Shown one piece after another: positions 1-12,923 of a stretch of DNA of 64,000 bases. The DNA comes from Octopus vulgaris (lineage: Eukaryota). The notes under the pieces are model-generated. The model searched no databases and was not told the origin of the DNA. It saw only the letters and a program-made list of their open reading frames with translations. Positions within the stretch are counted from its first letter, which is position 1, and every line of letters starts with the position of its first letter. Made by a program: the position numbers and the translations under genes. The stretch is taken from assembly GCA_951406725.2 (NCBI GenBank), contig OX597817.1:116870001-116934000 (forward strand), in the 5' to 3' direction.

Positions 1-308
1 TGGGAAAAGTGTATGTATGTATGTACATATATGTATGTATTATGTATGTGTGTGTGTGTTTGTGTGTGTGTTTGTATGTGCGTGTGTGTGTGTGTGTGTG
101 TATGTGTGTGTGAGATGAAATTTCCCGTCGGAGTAGACGTATGAGGGTTCAGCTTTTGCCGAATGATTTGTTTACAGTGAGCAGTTGCGTGAGGTCTGAA
201 TTTACTTCTCACACCTGATGCATGTGTATGTTTTCAATGTGTACAAATAACGCAGGAGAAAAGGCGGAAGCATAAATATTTGAATAACGCCTGCGTTTAA
301 CTGCATTT

Positions 309-356
<48 letters not shown>

Positions 357-358
357 TA

Positions 359-620
359 TTAAATGTTAAAAAATATATATTTGCGTCAATATGTCTGAAG
401 AATATTAAAAATTTTTGAAGAATATTAAAAAATTTTTCTTATAATGACAAATTTAAAGAGAACCGGTTTCGCGTTTAAAAATTTCTTGCGACGTTATGAA
501 ATTTGAAATTTGAAAAGCTAAACGCGAAACCGGTCTTTTTTAAATTATGTCATTATAAGAGAAAAAAATTTTAATATTCTTCAGACATATTGATGCAAAT
601 ATATATTTTTTAACATTTAA
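359..620. repeat. Foldback (inverted-repeat) element between two (TA)n arrays
   Basis: TTAAATGTTAAAAAATATATATTTGCGTCAATATGTCTGAAGAATATT...ACCGGTTTCGCGTTTA (359-478) is the near reverse complement of about 519-620; (TA)n at 311-352 and 692-748. Confidence 0.9.
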
Positions 621-689
621 GCCTTCTGTAGTTTTTTCACTTTTACTATTTTCTATATATTCAACCACGTGCTTTCACAAACCAACTTT

Positions 690-752
<63 letters not shown>

Positions 753-958
753 TGAATACACAACCAAAAGAGGGACTAAAAATTTCATGCTTTTAAGATC
801 CTTGGACAGGCATATCTATAAAAAACGGCATACATTTTAAAGCAACTTTCATTTTATGAATATTCGTGGCTTTTTTGGTTGTGTGTTTAAATTGATATGA
901 ATCCCTCTCTTCTGTTAGTACTTTAAACTATACATTTATATGTGTGTATGTATATATA

Positions 959-1006
<48 letters not shown>

Positions 1007-4000
1007 CAAGTACAAGTTGTTGATTAGCCCCCAACTACGCTTTGATGAAACAAATGATTCATCAACGGTTTTTTAGTCATAATCATTCCATAACTTATTG
1101 TACAACTAGAATATTAATGACCAATGTAATATACCTTCCTCTTAACAAGCAGAATAAATTTCGAAGTAGATGTGCTTGCTATTTCGATCAGATATTTGGA
1201 TTTTGTCGAAATCGCATAGACGACGCGTTTGGATATAAGTATAATGAGCTATGAAAGCTACTAATAATGTGAAATCAATGTAAACTCAATATATTTAAAG
1301 TTTCGAATTTGACACTTCTTCATCTTGAAATTACGCTTCATGGTTGTTACCAACGCTATTTTAATGAAATTCACTTCTCACTTAACCTCGGGTTCTTTTA
1401 CTTAAATTCAAACTCAAAGAAAGCACAGTAAATGTAAAATCATGAAGTACGGTATGATTATTTTTATTTTACACACTTTTGGAAGTGTTTTAAGCTCAAT
1501 TACATTCACTTAAAATGTACAAAACATTACAAGTTTATTTTAGCTATTTAGGTTAATTTCTGTTATATTCGAATACTGTGGCTATATTCGTGTTGCAGAT
1601 ATTCTGACTTACTCAGAAAAGAACTCATGCTCTATCGTAGTGGCAACTTTTGTTTTATCGTGTCACTGAGTTTCCTTTTCTGCATAACCTGAAGCATAGA
1701 TTACTATATAATATAATATTCACATTTCCGATAATTTTCCTAAATACTCTGCATGATTGGTCACAGAGATTCAATTTATGTATATACTCAATACACATAT
1801 ATTTTGGCATCTGATTCCACCCTTTCTCCAGGACACTGCATAATGGCAGTTTAGTGATGTTTTGCTTGGTGGTTTCATGGGATCTTCGAGAACTACGTTG
1901 TCTGTTTAATGTCGTTAGATTACAAACATTCCTTCAGCATATCCTAAACTCATTCTGAGCCTCGTATTTTGAACATTCTACATCGAAATTTTAAGAGCAG
2001 CTTATATAGATGCCCTCTAACATTTTAATATTAATGATGATACTGCCGCTCCGTCTATATGTTGGTAAATTCAATTTTTCTCTAAGCCCAAAGCATGCTT
2101 GAATACAGTATTAACATCTTTAGTCTTTGACATATTGTTTTTTTATCTAATTTCAATCAGACAAATATAAATGCCGAGACTTTTGGACACATTCTAGACA
2201 CTCACTTAACAGAAATGATATAAATATATTTTTGATTTGATTTGTAAAGTCTGCAATATCTACATATAAAAGAGGTCTGGCGTAAGTGGGGAAATGACCA
2301 GAAGCAATTTCAGTATGGTTAGAATTTATTTGAAATATATACTAAATATACAAATTAGTTCAGTACGATATCTACAAAAGCATTCAGCTATCCCCCTGGA
2401 ATTCATGAATATCAATGTGTTTCATATACAAGAATAAAAAAGAAAAGATCTTATATCAATAGATATGAATAATTTTATGCATTTTATCAAATCGGTAGCT
2501 CTTGGAATTATGTATATATTCTATGAAGTTCAATAATAAAGGATTGAAAATCTTTACCTATTACTCTATTTTCTTGACAATAATTTGGATGATTAAATAT
2601 TCAATCTACATCATATTTCACCTTAATTCAATGAAAACATTACCATTTTTACTTGTATATTTTCAGTTTAGGTATTATGAACACAACATAGTTATTAAAT
2701 ATATTATCTATTTATATAATTTTTGTTGTATTTTGTTTATCTTCGTTGAATTGCATTTCAGGATTACTTCCAAATGTTGCTATAATCCTTGACGTAACAA
2801 TCAACATATAATCAGTACTTTCAAGTCTGCTTCCATTGAAAGCAATTTTAATAATCTACTGTGAATTTGTTTTCACTTAGAGACAAACAACGTCTATCCT
2901 CTTAAGATATTTTATTACAGAACAAATAATGAGTTGAGATTTATTTGTGATATATTTCTTGCTAGAAAAAGCGCTTTATCGACTCACCTCAGTCTATTCT
3001 TGTAATTGTATTGGCAGTAAGAATGGTATCAATATAAATATATAAATTACTCTCTTCGGAATTGCACATGAATGCGAACATTTTAAAATATGTTACTTTT
3101 GTAAGCTAGCAATACAAAGTAGATTGTAGAATTTCTAGATTTCTTTAAGATTTAAATTAACACACTAATATGCACACATACATATCACAGATATATAGTG
3201 AAAGGTTAATTGTAACCCTTTAAGAAAACACCTAATCTACTGTATTCACTTTCCGTTTAATTATAAATAGTATAATCTATTATGAATTTTCTAAAATCTT
3301 AGTGCACATCTGCGACCAACTCGCTGACTTAATTCCACGGCATTAGTTAAAAATCATTTACTGATAAGTTTTCATACACTTAGCTGGCTTTGTTTTCTTT
3401 CTGTGTTTTTTTTTTATATTTCCCAAACTTTTTTGTCATCTATGTTTCTTCAAAATATTTAAATTTACATATGTTATCTTAAAGTACAATGTGCTTAGTC
3501 CGTGGTCAGATCAGTTTCTTTTTGTAATATTTGAGTAAATTTACATTTTTGTTTATTTCAAAACTTAAGCCTGCAGCGCTAATTTATTGATGTTCTTTGA
3601 ACATTGTAGAAGTGGAATTTTTTGTGAATTTCAAATTTAATTCCGATTTACCAAACTTAATCTTTTCTGGCAGAGATCGTAAATATAACAAAGGAGTTAC
3701 AAATATTCCAAACTAAAAAACGGAAAAATAACGGGTACTTTATCATCTTACCTACAATTATCTACTAAGAAGACAGGTAGTAGTAGATGTAGTGACTCAA
3801 ATTCAAAACTCATGAGTAGTTGAAGCATAACTAGAAATTCCATACAAATGCAATCCTCTGATTATATCAGGATGTCATTATGTATAAAGGAAGCAAAAAT
3901 GTTTTGACATTGTCTAAGAAGTGACAATAGGTAGTATACACTCTCTATACCGTAATAAATTTTGAGATGCAAGAGACAAAAATATCTAAGGATACAACAT

Positions 4001-4125
4001 GCCCAATAACTAAGAAGTTGATAACATAGTGTTTGTAGATGCCACGCCAAATATGGAAGTACCTAATAGATCTAAGTTTTATCATTTAAGAAAGCAATTT
4101 CAATATTTACGTTACAGATTAAAAC

Positions 4126-4335
4126 GGCGACATGGCACAATCGTTAGCACATCGGACAATGTTTTGCGGCTTTTCCTTCGTCTTTACCTTCTGAGATTAC
4201 ATTCCGCCGATGTCGACTTTGCCTTTCGTTTCTTCTGGGTCGATAATACAAACGGCAGATGAACGCTGTGGTGTATGTAATCGATTTATCCCTTGCTCAA
4301 GATTACTGGCCATGTGCCGAAATTTGAAATCAATA
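4126..4335 (+). mobile_element. tRNA-type SINE, family B (octopus OR-like)
   Basis: GGCGACATGGCACAATCGTTAGCAC...ATTCCGCCGATGTCGACTTTGCC...AAATTTGAAA matches the copies at 15354, 23027 and 37413. Confidence 0.8.
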
Positions 4336-6237
4336 TTTAATTTACAGATTTAAAAATTCAGATATACTATTCGGGTTAGCGTCTGTGAGTTACATCGTTT
4401 TGACACTTGTATATTTAAAACGAATTTCATTTGTAGACATATAAGAGATAGAATATGCTACAATTCAACCTAACCCTGTTTTAACACTCTAAAATAGTTA
4501 CATTTTAGATTTTACCGTAGATTACCTAAGCAAAGAATTTTAAATCGTTTGACTTTCTGTCACATGAAGCACTTGCTCGTAGGATATAAGTTGTGTGTAA
4601 TGAATGTTAATGTATATTACTCGAGATAATACTTTAATGAAATCAGCTCATATCCGTCCAAATGGAAAAACTGTAACTTCTTATTAAGTTGCAAATATAG
4701 ACACTACAAACACTGAATTGTGACTGAGTTTTGATACCTACATAAAGGTTTATATTAATTAGATTCCAAGCTATGTTTAATCTGCCCAGAAAGAAACTCC
4801 TCATTTCTGAATACACCATATAATATTATAGTAAAGTGTTTTCAAGAGTTTTTCTTTGCATAATACGAACCACTTATCTACATGAAGTATGATTTGTACA
4901 GTTTATGAAACTTTACTGAAATTGCCAATAGGAAGAAAATTTTTAATTTTAAGATAACCCTTGAATCTAGAAAACATAATGGTTTTCCAAGTCTTACTGA
5001 ACCCTATCCTAAGTAATATATTTTGCTTACAACTTCAAATCACTCGGCAAACACAGTGTTCCTTTATTGAAGTCTTCTTTTTGGCCGTATCGGTTCGAGA
5101 AAAAACTCTTGATTATGTAGTGTATACGATCGTGATTATTGCCTGTTACATTTGTTCACATATTCTTGATTAAATAATCAAATAAACCACTGCTTTTGCT
5201 CCATAAAATTCCATTATCTTTCTCTTGAAGCCGAGTAATTATATAATATAACAGTAGAAAAGATGTTGGTTTAAATTATAAAAGACATTTTACAATTCCA
5301 TTTCTATTATATAATTATTTTACAACTTCCTTTGATTGCTAATAATTTATGGCGGACAAAGTCAGACATAATTAGCAAAAACTAAATTTAGCTTGTAAGC
5401 TTTGCTTTGTGGTTATTTCGGATGATACATTACCAATATCACTTTTGACATTTTTGTCTAAATTTTCTACTCTCCCAATTAAAAATTTTATCATTTTATG
5501 TTATATTTTTTAGAGTTTTGTCAAATTTTCAACGTTTTCTAATTCTAACAATACTTCAAAAATATATTTCTACTATTTCAAATTGAATAGAGGAATATCG
5601 CTAATAGAGGTCTTTAAGATAAAATCTGCATTTATTTGTCAAACTGAGGAAATATAAAGTTAAATTGAATAATAAAATAAATGTTCAAAATATATTATTC
5701 ATCTTACAAAACATGAGGGGTCAGATTATAGACTTGGATTTCACTTTCCACATGTCTAAGAGTTAGATTTTAATGAAATTCATAAGAAATAATATCTGGC
5801 ACCGATTTTATAGCATTAATACTTAGAAAGAAAAGAATTTCGTTCCTAATACACCATCAATGTACCAAGTGAAACTTAGCAAGATTTTCCAAAAGATTTT
5901 CCTATTTTCCAAAAGCCAGCTAAACCTAAACGTATCCCTTCAAATGTCCTCTTTATATAGGTAACCTAAATGAAACTTGTTCAAATACTAAATGCAGCGC
6001 AATGCCAAATTTAGTCATCAATCTGGGATGAACGTTTAAAAGTAGTTGTATAAACAGAAGACCATTAAACATACATACGGACGTACATATACACACACTC
6101 ACGCGTATACGCACACACACACAATCACAGACACAGATACATACACACAATCATAGACACAGCCATACACACACACAATCACAGACACACACATGCATAT
6201 GCATATGTATGTATCCATACACTGTGTTTATGCATAT

Positions 6238-9169
6238 CAGGTCATTTATGAGCCTCTCATAAGTGCTACTGGTAACATGGAACCTGTTGCACGGTCGGGT
6301 TGTCGGCGAATAAACAGGCACCCCCACTAGGCTACCCTGGTGAGGAGGGTTGCTAGAAACTCAGCAAGATTAAAAACAAGACCTGTTGAAAGGTCTGATG
6401 AACCTAGGGCAGGCTCAACGGTTATCTAGCAATAGCACGGGTACGCAGGAATTTCCGGGATGGTGTCCGGCGTGCTGAAAGACCGCTGGGAGTGAGGCAC
6501 GAGTAAGATTCTGTTTAAGCATGTCTCTAGAGAAGGTCACTCTGATATAAAACCAGATATGCAGGGAATGGCATTGGACATTTTGGGGATCTTTGGTTTG
6601 TGCTAGAGATCATGGCACTCCCACACCCCTGAGTCTCTGATTCATAGTGGCACCAGACACCTTGCTCTGGCTTGTCTCTGGACAATGTCAATAAAGTGAA
6701 AAGGGACTGTGAGGTGTCATGCAAGCTTTATTGGACCTAAAACTATGCACAGGCATTGCTGACCTCTACTCAATAGGTGCTGTTTATTTTTCATGCTATA
6801 TATATTTATTATATTTTTATTCGGAAGTCCTGCGGGCTTGGAAGGTGGCGAGGCATGTAAATCTGATGGGTTGGAAGCATGTAGTCAGCGACCTGCACGT
6901 AGGCGGCCCATGCTAGATATAAAGTCGTCTCCTTGTCGCCCAAAACAGCGGTAGGATTCAGTTGCTGCATGGGTGTCTAAACAGCTCCATTTGGAGAGGG
7001 CTCTCCTCACTTGAGGCCTGAGGAGGTTCTGAAAAAGTGAACCAAAAATTGCCTGTCTTTCTATATCTGGTCAGTTTAGCGCGACAGACGAATGCCCAAC
7101 CTGCGATCGAAAAACAAAGAGACTATTATTTACGAAATCTGGATGGGGCTTGAACATCTCATGTTGGAATGTGCGTACTCTGTTGGATAACAAGAGTGAT
7201 TTTAGGCCTGAAAAACGCACTGCACTGAACCGCTATAACATTGATGTAGCTGCACTATCAGAGACTTGTATAGAAGGTTATGGTCAGCTTCAGTAAGTAG
7301 GAGGTGGATACACGTTTTTGGAAGGGGAGGAAGAAGAAGGAGGAAGGCAGAGAGGCTGGTGTTGGCTTTGTAATTCAATCTGATATTCTTAAGAACTTGG
7401 GGGAGCTTCCTGTTTCCATAAATGAAACACCTGAAAGGTGGGTGGTTTGCTACTCTAATAAGTGCCTATGCACCTACTTTGACTAGTAGTGATTTCGTTA
7501 AAGCTATTTTTTTTATACCCCTCTGAGAGCCATACTTAGGAAAATCTCTAATTCTAATAAATTCATTCTTTTGGGGGATTTCAATGCCAGGATCGGAGCA
7601 GACTGGTGAAAATGAAACTCTCCAGGACGTTTTGGTGTAGGGAAAACGAATAGCAATGGTCTCCTGTTGCTGGAGCTTTGCGATGAACATGGACTTTACA
7701 TCGCACACACTCATTTTATGCACAAAGGTGATCACACAAAAAACGTGTATGCATCCAAAGTCTAAAGTTTGGCACTTGCTGGATTATGTCATCATCTGCA
7801 AGCTTGACATCTATGACATTTGCAATGTCAAATCCTTTCATGGAGCGGAATGCTGGACAGACGACAGTCAGGTGCGAGCAAAGTTCCGGATGATGATTAG
7901 AGTGAAAGAAAGAAGAGGGCCAGACGAGACACTTCGGCGTCCGAATGTCCACAAGATATATGTGTTGAGAAATGAGATTCAGGCTCGCTTGTCCAGCATT
8001 GAAAGTACTGTAGCATGGGAAGATGTTCGAGACCAGGCTCTTCAATGTGCTGCTGAAACACTGGGATCTGCTGCCGCCAGACACAGAGACTGTTTTGATG
8101 AAAATGGAGCAAGAGAAGTGCTATGAGCAGAATAAGTATCTTATCCAGGTATTCATTGATTTGACGAAGACCTTTGATACTGTGAATAGGTCCTTGCTGT
8201 GGAAAATACTTGATAAAGTTGGATGTCCAGATCACTTTGTATCTATAATTAAATCATTTCATGATGAGATCGGGGCTTGGGTCAGTGTTGGTGGTGGCAT
8301 GGCAGGACCCAATCCTGAAGAGAATGTTGTCAAGCAGGGTGACATCCTTGCACCAACTCTCTTTTCTGTGTACTTTGCTGCTGCTTTTACTCATGCTTTT
8401 CCTAAGGTTAGCTCTCTGGGAATACATGTCAAGTATCAATCTACTGGTCGTCTCTGTAATCCGACCCAATGTGCTGCCAGTTCAAACGTTTTCCTGTCTC
8501 TTATTCGTGTGCTGACATCGCTCCTTTACTCTTGTATTACATGGACCCTTTACAAATTTCATGTGAGGGTCCTTGAACGCGTTCATCAGAGATGCCTCAG
8601 GCACATTCTGGATATCGGTTGGTCCTTAAAAACTCCAGACACACAGGTCCTGAAGACAGCTGATATTATTAGTAGTGAGGCGATGGTGCACAAGCACCAG
8701 GAACGTTGGATTGGACACCTTATTAGAATGAAAGATGGCAGGATCCCTAAGCAGATGATATATGAGGAACTTGTGAATGGAAAGAGACACCGGCAGAGAC
8801 CAAGGCTGCGATTTAAGGACTGTGTCAAGTCCTCATTAAAGGCCTGTGATATGCAGGAGACTGACTGGGAGAGCAATGCCTGTCATCGCCACAGATGGTG
8901 GAAGCACGTTAAGGAGACGGTCGACGCCTTTGAGAGAGCACGTATTCTGCATGACGAACTTAAGCGTATTGCTCGAAAGCGCATTCCTCGTGTGGTGAAT
9001 AGGGAAAGCTTGGTTTGTAATGTTTGCAGTCATGTATGCTTTTCAAGAGTAGGGCTCATTAGATACCGACGGAGCGGTAATTGCAAAATATAGGCTAATC
9101 CTAGAGGGCACAATGTTTCTGAAGGTCAGCGATGGTCTTCCTTGGTCACGAGTGGACGGCTATCATATA
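6238..9169 (+). mobile_element. RTE-clade non-LTR retrotransposon, internally deleted and decayed
   Basis: APE motifs WNVRTLLD (about 7165), GVGFVI and HPKSKVWHLLDYVI; RT motifs FIDLTKTFDTVNR and VKQGDILAPTLF; RTE-type C-terminus RWIGHLIRMKDGRIPKQMIYEEL; degenerate TSD CATACACT(AT)GTGTTTATG(C/T)ATAT at 6216-6237 and 9170-9193. Confidence 0.92.
8023..9093 (+). pseudogene. RTE reverse transcriptase remnant lacking the YADD catalytic region
   Basis: The 356-aa ORF runs from RT motifs 3-4 straight into the C-terminal region (LIRVL|TSLLYSCITW) with no YxDD. Confidence 0.85.
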
Positions 9170-10905
9170 CATACACTATGTGTTTATGTATATACATACA
9201 CACACTTAATCTTTTACGCATTAAGTGTACTGTGATTTTACATGGATTTAAATCAAATTATTTCTCAGTAGACATCATTAAGAATTTTAGTTAACCCCGC
9301 CACCCAGTATGTTAGACAACTGATATAAGCCGATCGTGGTAAATATTCCAATTAGGGAATCTGTACTCGCCATCTTCCAGCCGAAAACATTAAGACATGC
9401 ATTTCTAATTTCAGATATAGTATTTTAATTAGATTAATTTATTCATGACAACATTATACAAATTACTTTTCTCTATATTAGAGAAGTTGTTTCTTATGTG
9501 ATGTTGCTTTGATTTCGCTGTTTTCGTATGTTCATCAACGACCATGTGTCCACTGTTTCGATTTCTGTTGATTATTTGAGGCATACACTAGTAGTGCCAG
9601 ATGTTTTATTGCCGCGTTAAAACTATTTTGTAACGCGAGATTGATAACAGCTAATGTTAGCCTTAATCTAGTCACTTTTCACAACAGTCATATATGATTT
9701 TATTCAAACTTTGTTACAACACGTTACGTGTGCGCTTGCCATCAACTTCATCTAAACTAACAAACAATCGTTTCATAATCACAGCACGATTCTTGATGAG
9801 TGTGTATTTACAACATACTCTGGCTACAATCGTGAAGACAAGATTCTGTAGAATGATATGGGATAGTATTAAAATTTATTATAAACGAAAGGGTCTCTAA
9901 GCGATCAGTCCACGTGCTGGAAATGACAAATAACTGTGTTCTTACCTTCCTTCTTTGTAAGAGGAGATGAATGATTATTTAGCATATGTTATTATAGTAA
10001 ATCCCGATTGACATTGAACATATAGCCAAAGTTTTCCTGTACTTTCTATCTCCGATAGATTTTCCAATTTCGGACATTGATAAAATATGCATTATCACTC
10101 AAAAATGCTGTATTAGTTATATGCAAATGGCACGGGGATGCTTTTTTCTATTAAAAACGGATTATATATGCATTTTGTTCTTTCAGATATTTAAATTTTC
10201 CATACAATAAATAAATAAAGGAGAGCAAGCAATCATTTGGGAATTTTAAGAACATTTTTTTTAATGGAAGCTAAAGACATACAACAAGTAGAAAATTACT
10301 TGAGGAAATCCAAAGAATATTACAAGAATTATAATTTGTATTCATAAAGTTTTGAAATAAGCCAAAAGGATTTTCTTAACAATATAGTTTAAACAAAAGG
10401 AAGTAAATTTTATGAGACACAGCCCGAAAATACAGATACTTGATATATAATAAAAATGGCTAAAGATGTTACGACGTATAGAATATGAAGGTAAATTTCA
10501 AAATATCTATTAATCTCAGAGCAGTAGAAAAAGAACAATTACACAGTAAACTTCGATCAATTTTCAGTATACTTTTAGACAGCGTTCTTTGTATAAAATT
10601 TGAGTTATTATACCAATAAACAAGAAATATATATTACAATGGATTTTGAAATGGTCCAATAAAATAGCAATTAACATTTTTTTCTGTCTAATGTTAAATT
10701 TAATATTCTCAAATTTCGATGCCAGAATAAACGCGGGTAGCACGCTCATATACAAAGACAAATGCTTCACAGAGATATATATGTATATAGCTGCACATAC
10801 ATCAGAATGAATATATATATATAAACACACACACACACGCAGACACACACATACCACACACTCACAAACACACACACACCATATATATATATATATATAT
10901 ATATA

Positions 10906-11063
10906 TACGACGGGCTTCTTTCAGTTCCTATTTACCAAATCCACTCACAGGGCTTTGGTCGACCCGAGGCAATAGTAGAAGCCCAAGGTTCCAGGCACTG
11001 TGACTGAACCTGGAAACATGAAGCTGGTAAGCAAACTACCTGCCACACAGCGACCCCTGCACC
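10906..11063 (-). mobile_element. tRNA-type SINE, family A (octopus OK-like), head region
   Basis: Minus strand GGTGCAGGGGTCGCTGTGTGGCAGG...GGTTCAGTC...GTGAGTGGATTTGGTA...CTGAAAGAAGCCCGTCG then (TA)n; many copies in the window. Confidence 0.85.
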
Positions 11064-11065
11064 TA

Positions 11066-11128
<63 letters not shown>

Positions 11129-11193
11129 TTTTTTTCGTAATGAGATAAGAACCCGAGGGTGTGTAGATTCTTAGAACATTTATAGATACAAAA

Positions 11194-11241
11194 ATATTAC
11201 AGCTGTTTCCATGATATTTATTATATCCCTTCATCGGAGAT
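11194..11241 (-). ncRNA. Decayed type I hammerhead ribozyme motif
   Basis: Minus strand atct-CCGATGA-AGGGATAT-aataa-ATATCATG-GAAAC-AGCT-GTA-atat, inside a roughly 220-bp element bounded by (TA)n on both sides. Confidence 0.65.
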
Positions 11242-11340
11242 GGTATGAGAGAATTGTTAAGAAATAGTTAATTTAGATAAGATATCAAATAGAGAGTGAG
11301 GTGGAGGAGAGAAAAGAAAATAGATGTGAGATATGTAGGG

Positions 11341-11385
<45 letters not shown>

Positions 11386-11607
11386 GGTACTGAGAAGTTA
11401 GAAAGATCGGATATTTTCAATGTGACACTCATTGTAAATATCATTTGGTCATGTGCAATTCCAGCTTAATATCAAAATTCTTCAGGGGTAGAAAATCCAG
11501 CTTTCACAACGGTAAATCCGTCGTGTGGGTTTCGCAAAGAATAAAATATAATCTAATTAAGAAGACAAATGCAGCTATTAGAACATAATAACATAATAAT
11601 GATAAAC

Positions 11608-12162
11608 GCCGTGATGCATTAGCACGAACTGGCTCTCAAGTCCTCTGATCTTAACTCATTGAAAGTATTATATGTCTTGGTATAAAAGATAGGTTACAAC
11701 AAATATACTGCTCAATACCGTAGATTTACTTGTCTATTGTTTGGCCTTAACCAGTTTGGCATGTCCCTTGTTGGTTGGTGATATGTGCGTCTGTGATCAC
11801 GAAAAGAAGTAGTGCGGGAACATCAAAGCTCTGCGTTGAGAGGTATTCTCTGGGGTTTGAATAATGCACCTTTGGATTCATGAATGTTTCGTTTAACATC
11901 CTTAAACAACACTTATCCAGGGACCTTTTGGGTGGGATGGGCTACTTGACCTAACGAAAATTCTAACTGGACTCCATTGGTAGTGTCATGCGCTGTTTAT
12001 CTTGTTATGAGATCACCATGTTGCGTACCTATGGGTGTGATGCATGCACCTGGTGCACCCTTATCAGACGTGTAGTCATGATGGGTATACACCATTTCGT
12101 ATATTTCACCCCAGTTTCACTTTGATGGCATGCAGTGTTCTCCAAGTCAATAATGCTAATGC

Positions 12163-12254
<92 letters not shown>

Positions 12255-12255
12255 T
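11608..12255 (+). mobile_element. Non-coding repeat of about 550 bp with (TAA)n tail, copy 1
   Basis: Colinear with 43973-44515 (shared GTCTTGGTATAAAAGAT, CCTTAACCAGTT, CATGCGCTGTTTATCTTG, GAGATCACCATG, TTGATGGCATGCA); TAA-type repeats on both sides. Confidence 0.85.
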
Positions 12256-12298
12256 TTAAGAATACGATATATATATATATATATAAATATAAATATAA

Positions 12299-12382
<84 letters not shown>

Positions 12383-12923
12383 CTGTGTGTGCATGTATGT
12401 ATGTATAATACAATTATGGTTCAGTTGTATTAGTTACTTAAATTGAGTACCTTCTTATTTCGGAGTAACATGCATACTCTCATAATATTGATTGAATATC
12501 AAACTCAGTGCAGAAGTTCAAGCACCAGATATTCTTGCATTGTATGCAGATGTTACGACTCAGCTTTGTGAAGAGATCCGCTCTTGGCTATTCAGACATG
12601 TACGTATATTAAAATACTTTCTATTAAAATACTTTTCGAAGCACATATTTCAGGATAGGTGAATGCAGTATAAATAAGTAATAAAGGGTTACGGATGTCA
12701 TGCATGAACTTCAAACATAAAGGACTATTCGACTAATTTAACATATTCACAACTCCAAAGAGCCAAATATTTACATTGATTCTGCTGCTCTTCAGTTCGC
12801 ATTATGGCTTTACCAAATAGTTTATATCATATTAGTAAAAACAGAATTTAAATGAAAGAAGAGGTTACAGAAGGGGTGGTGGAATAACTGATATCAGGGT
12901 CCCAGTTATCTATACTTCAAAAC

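Noticed and set aside
6414-6425. CTGATGA near 6395 in the RTE 5'UTR as a hammerhead, checked through this downstream stretch
   Set aside because: No GAAA follows the putative stem II
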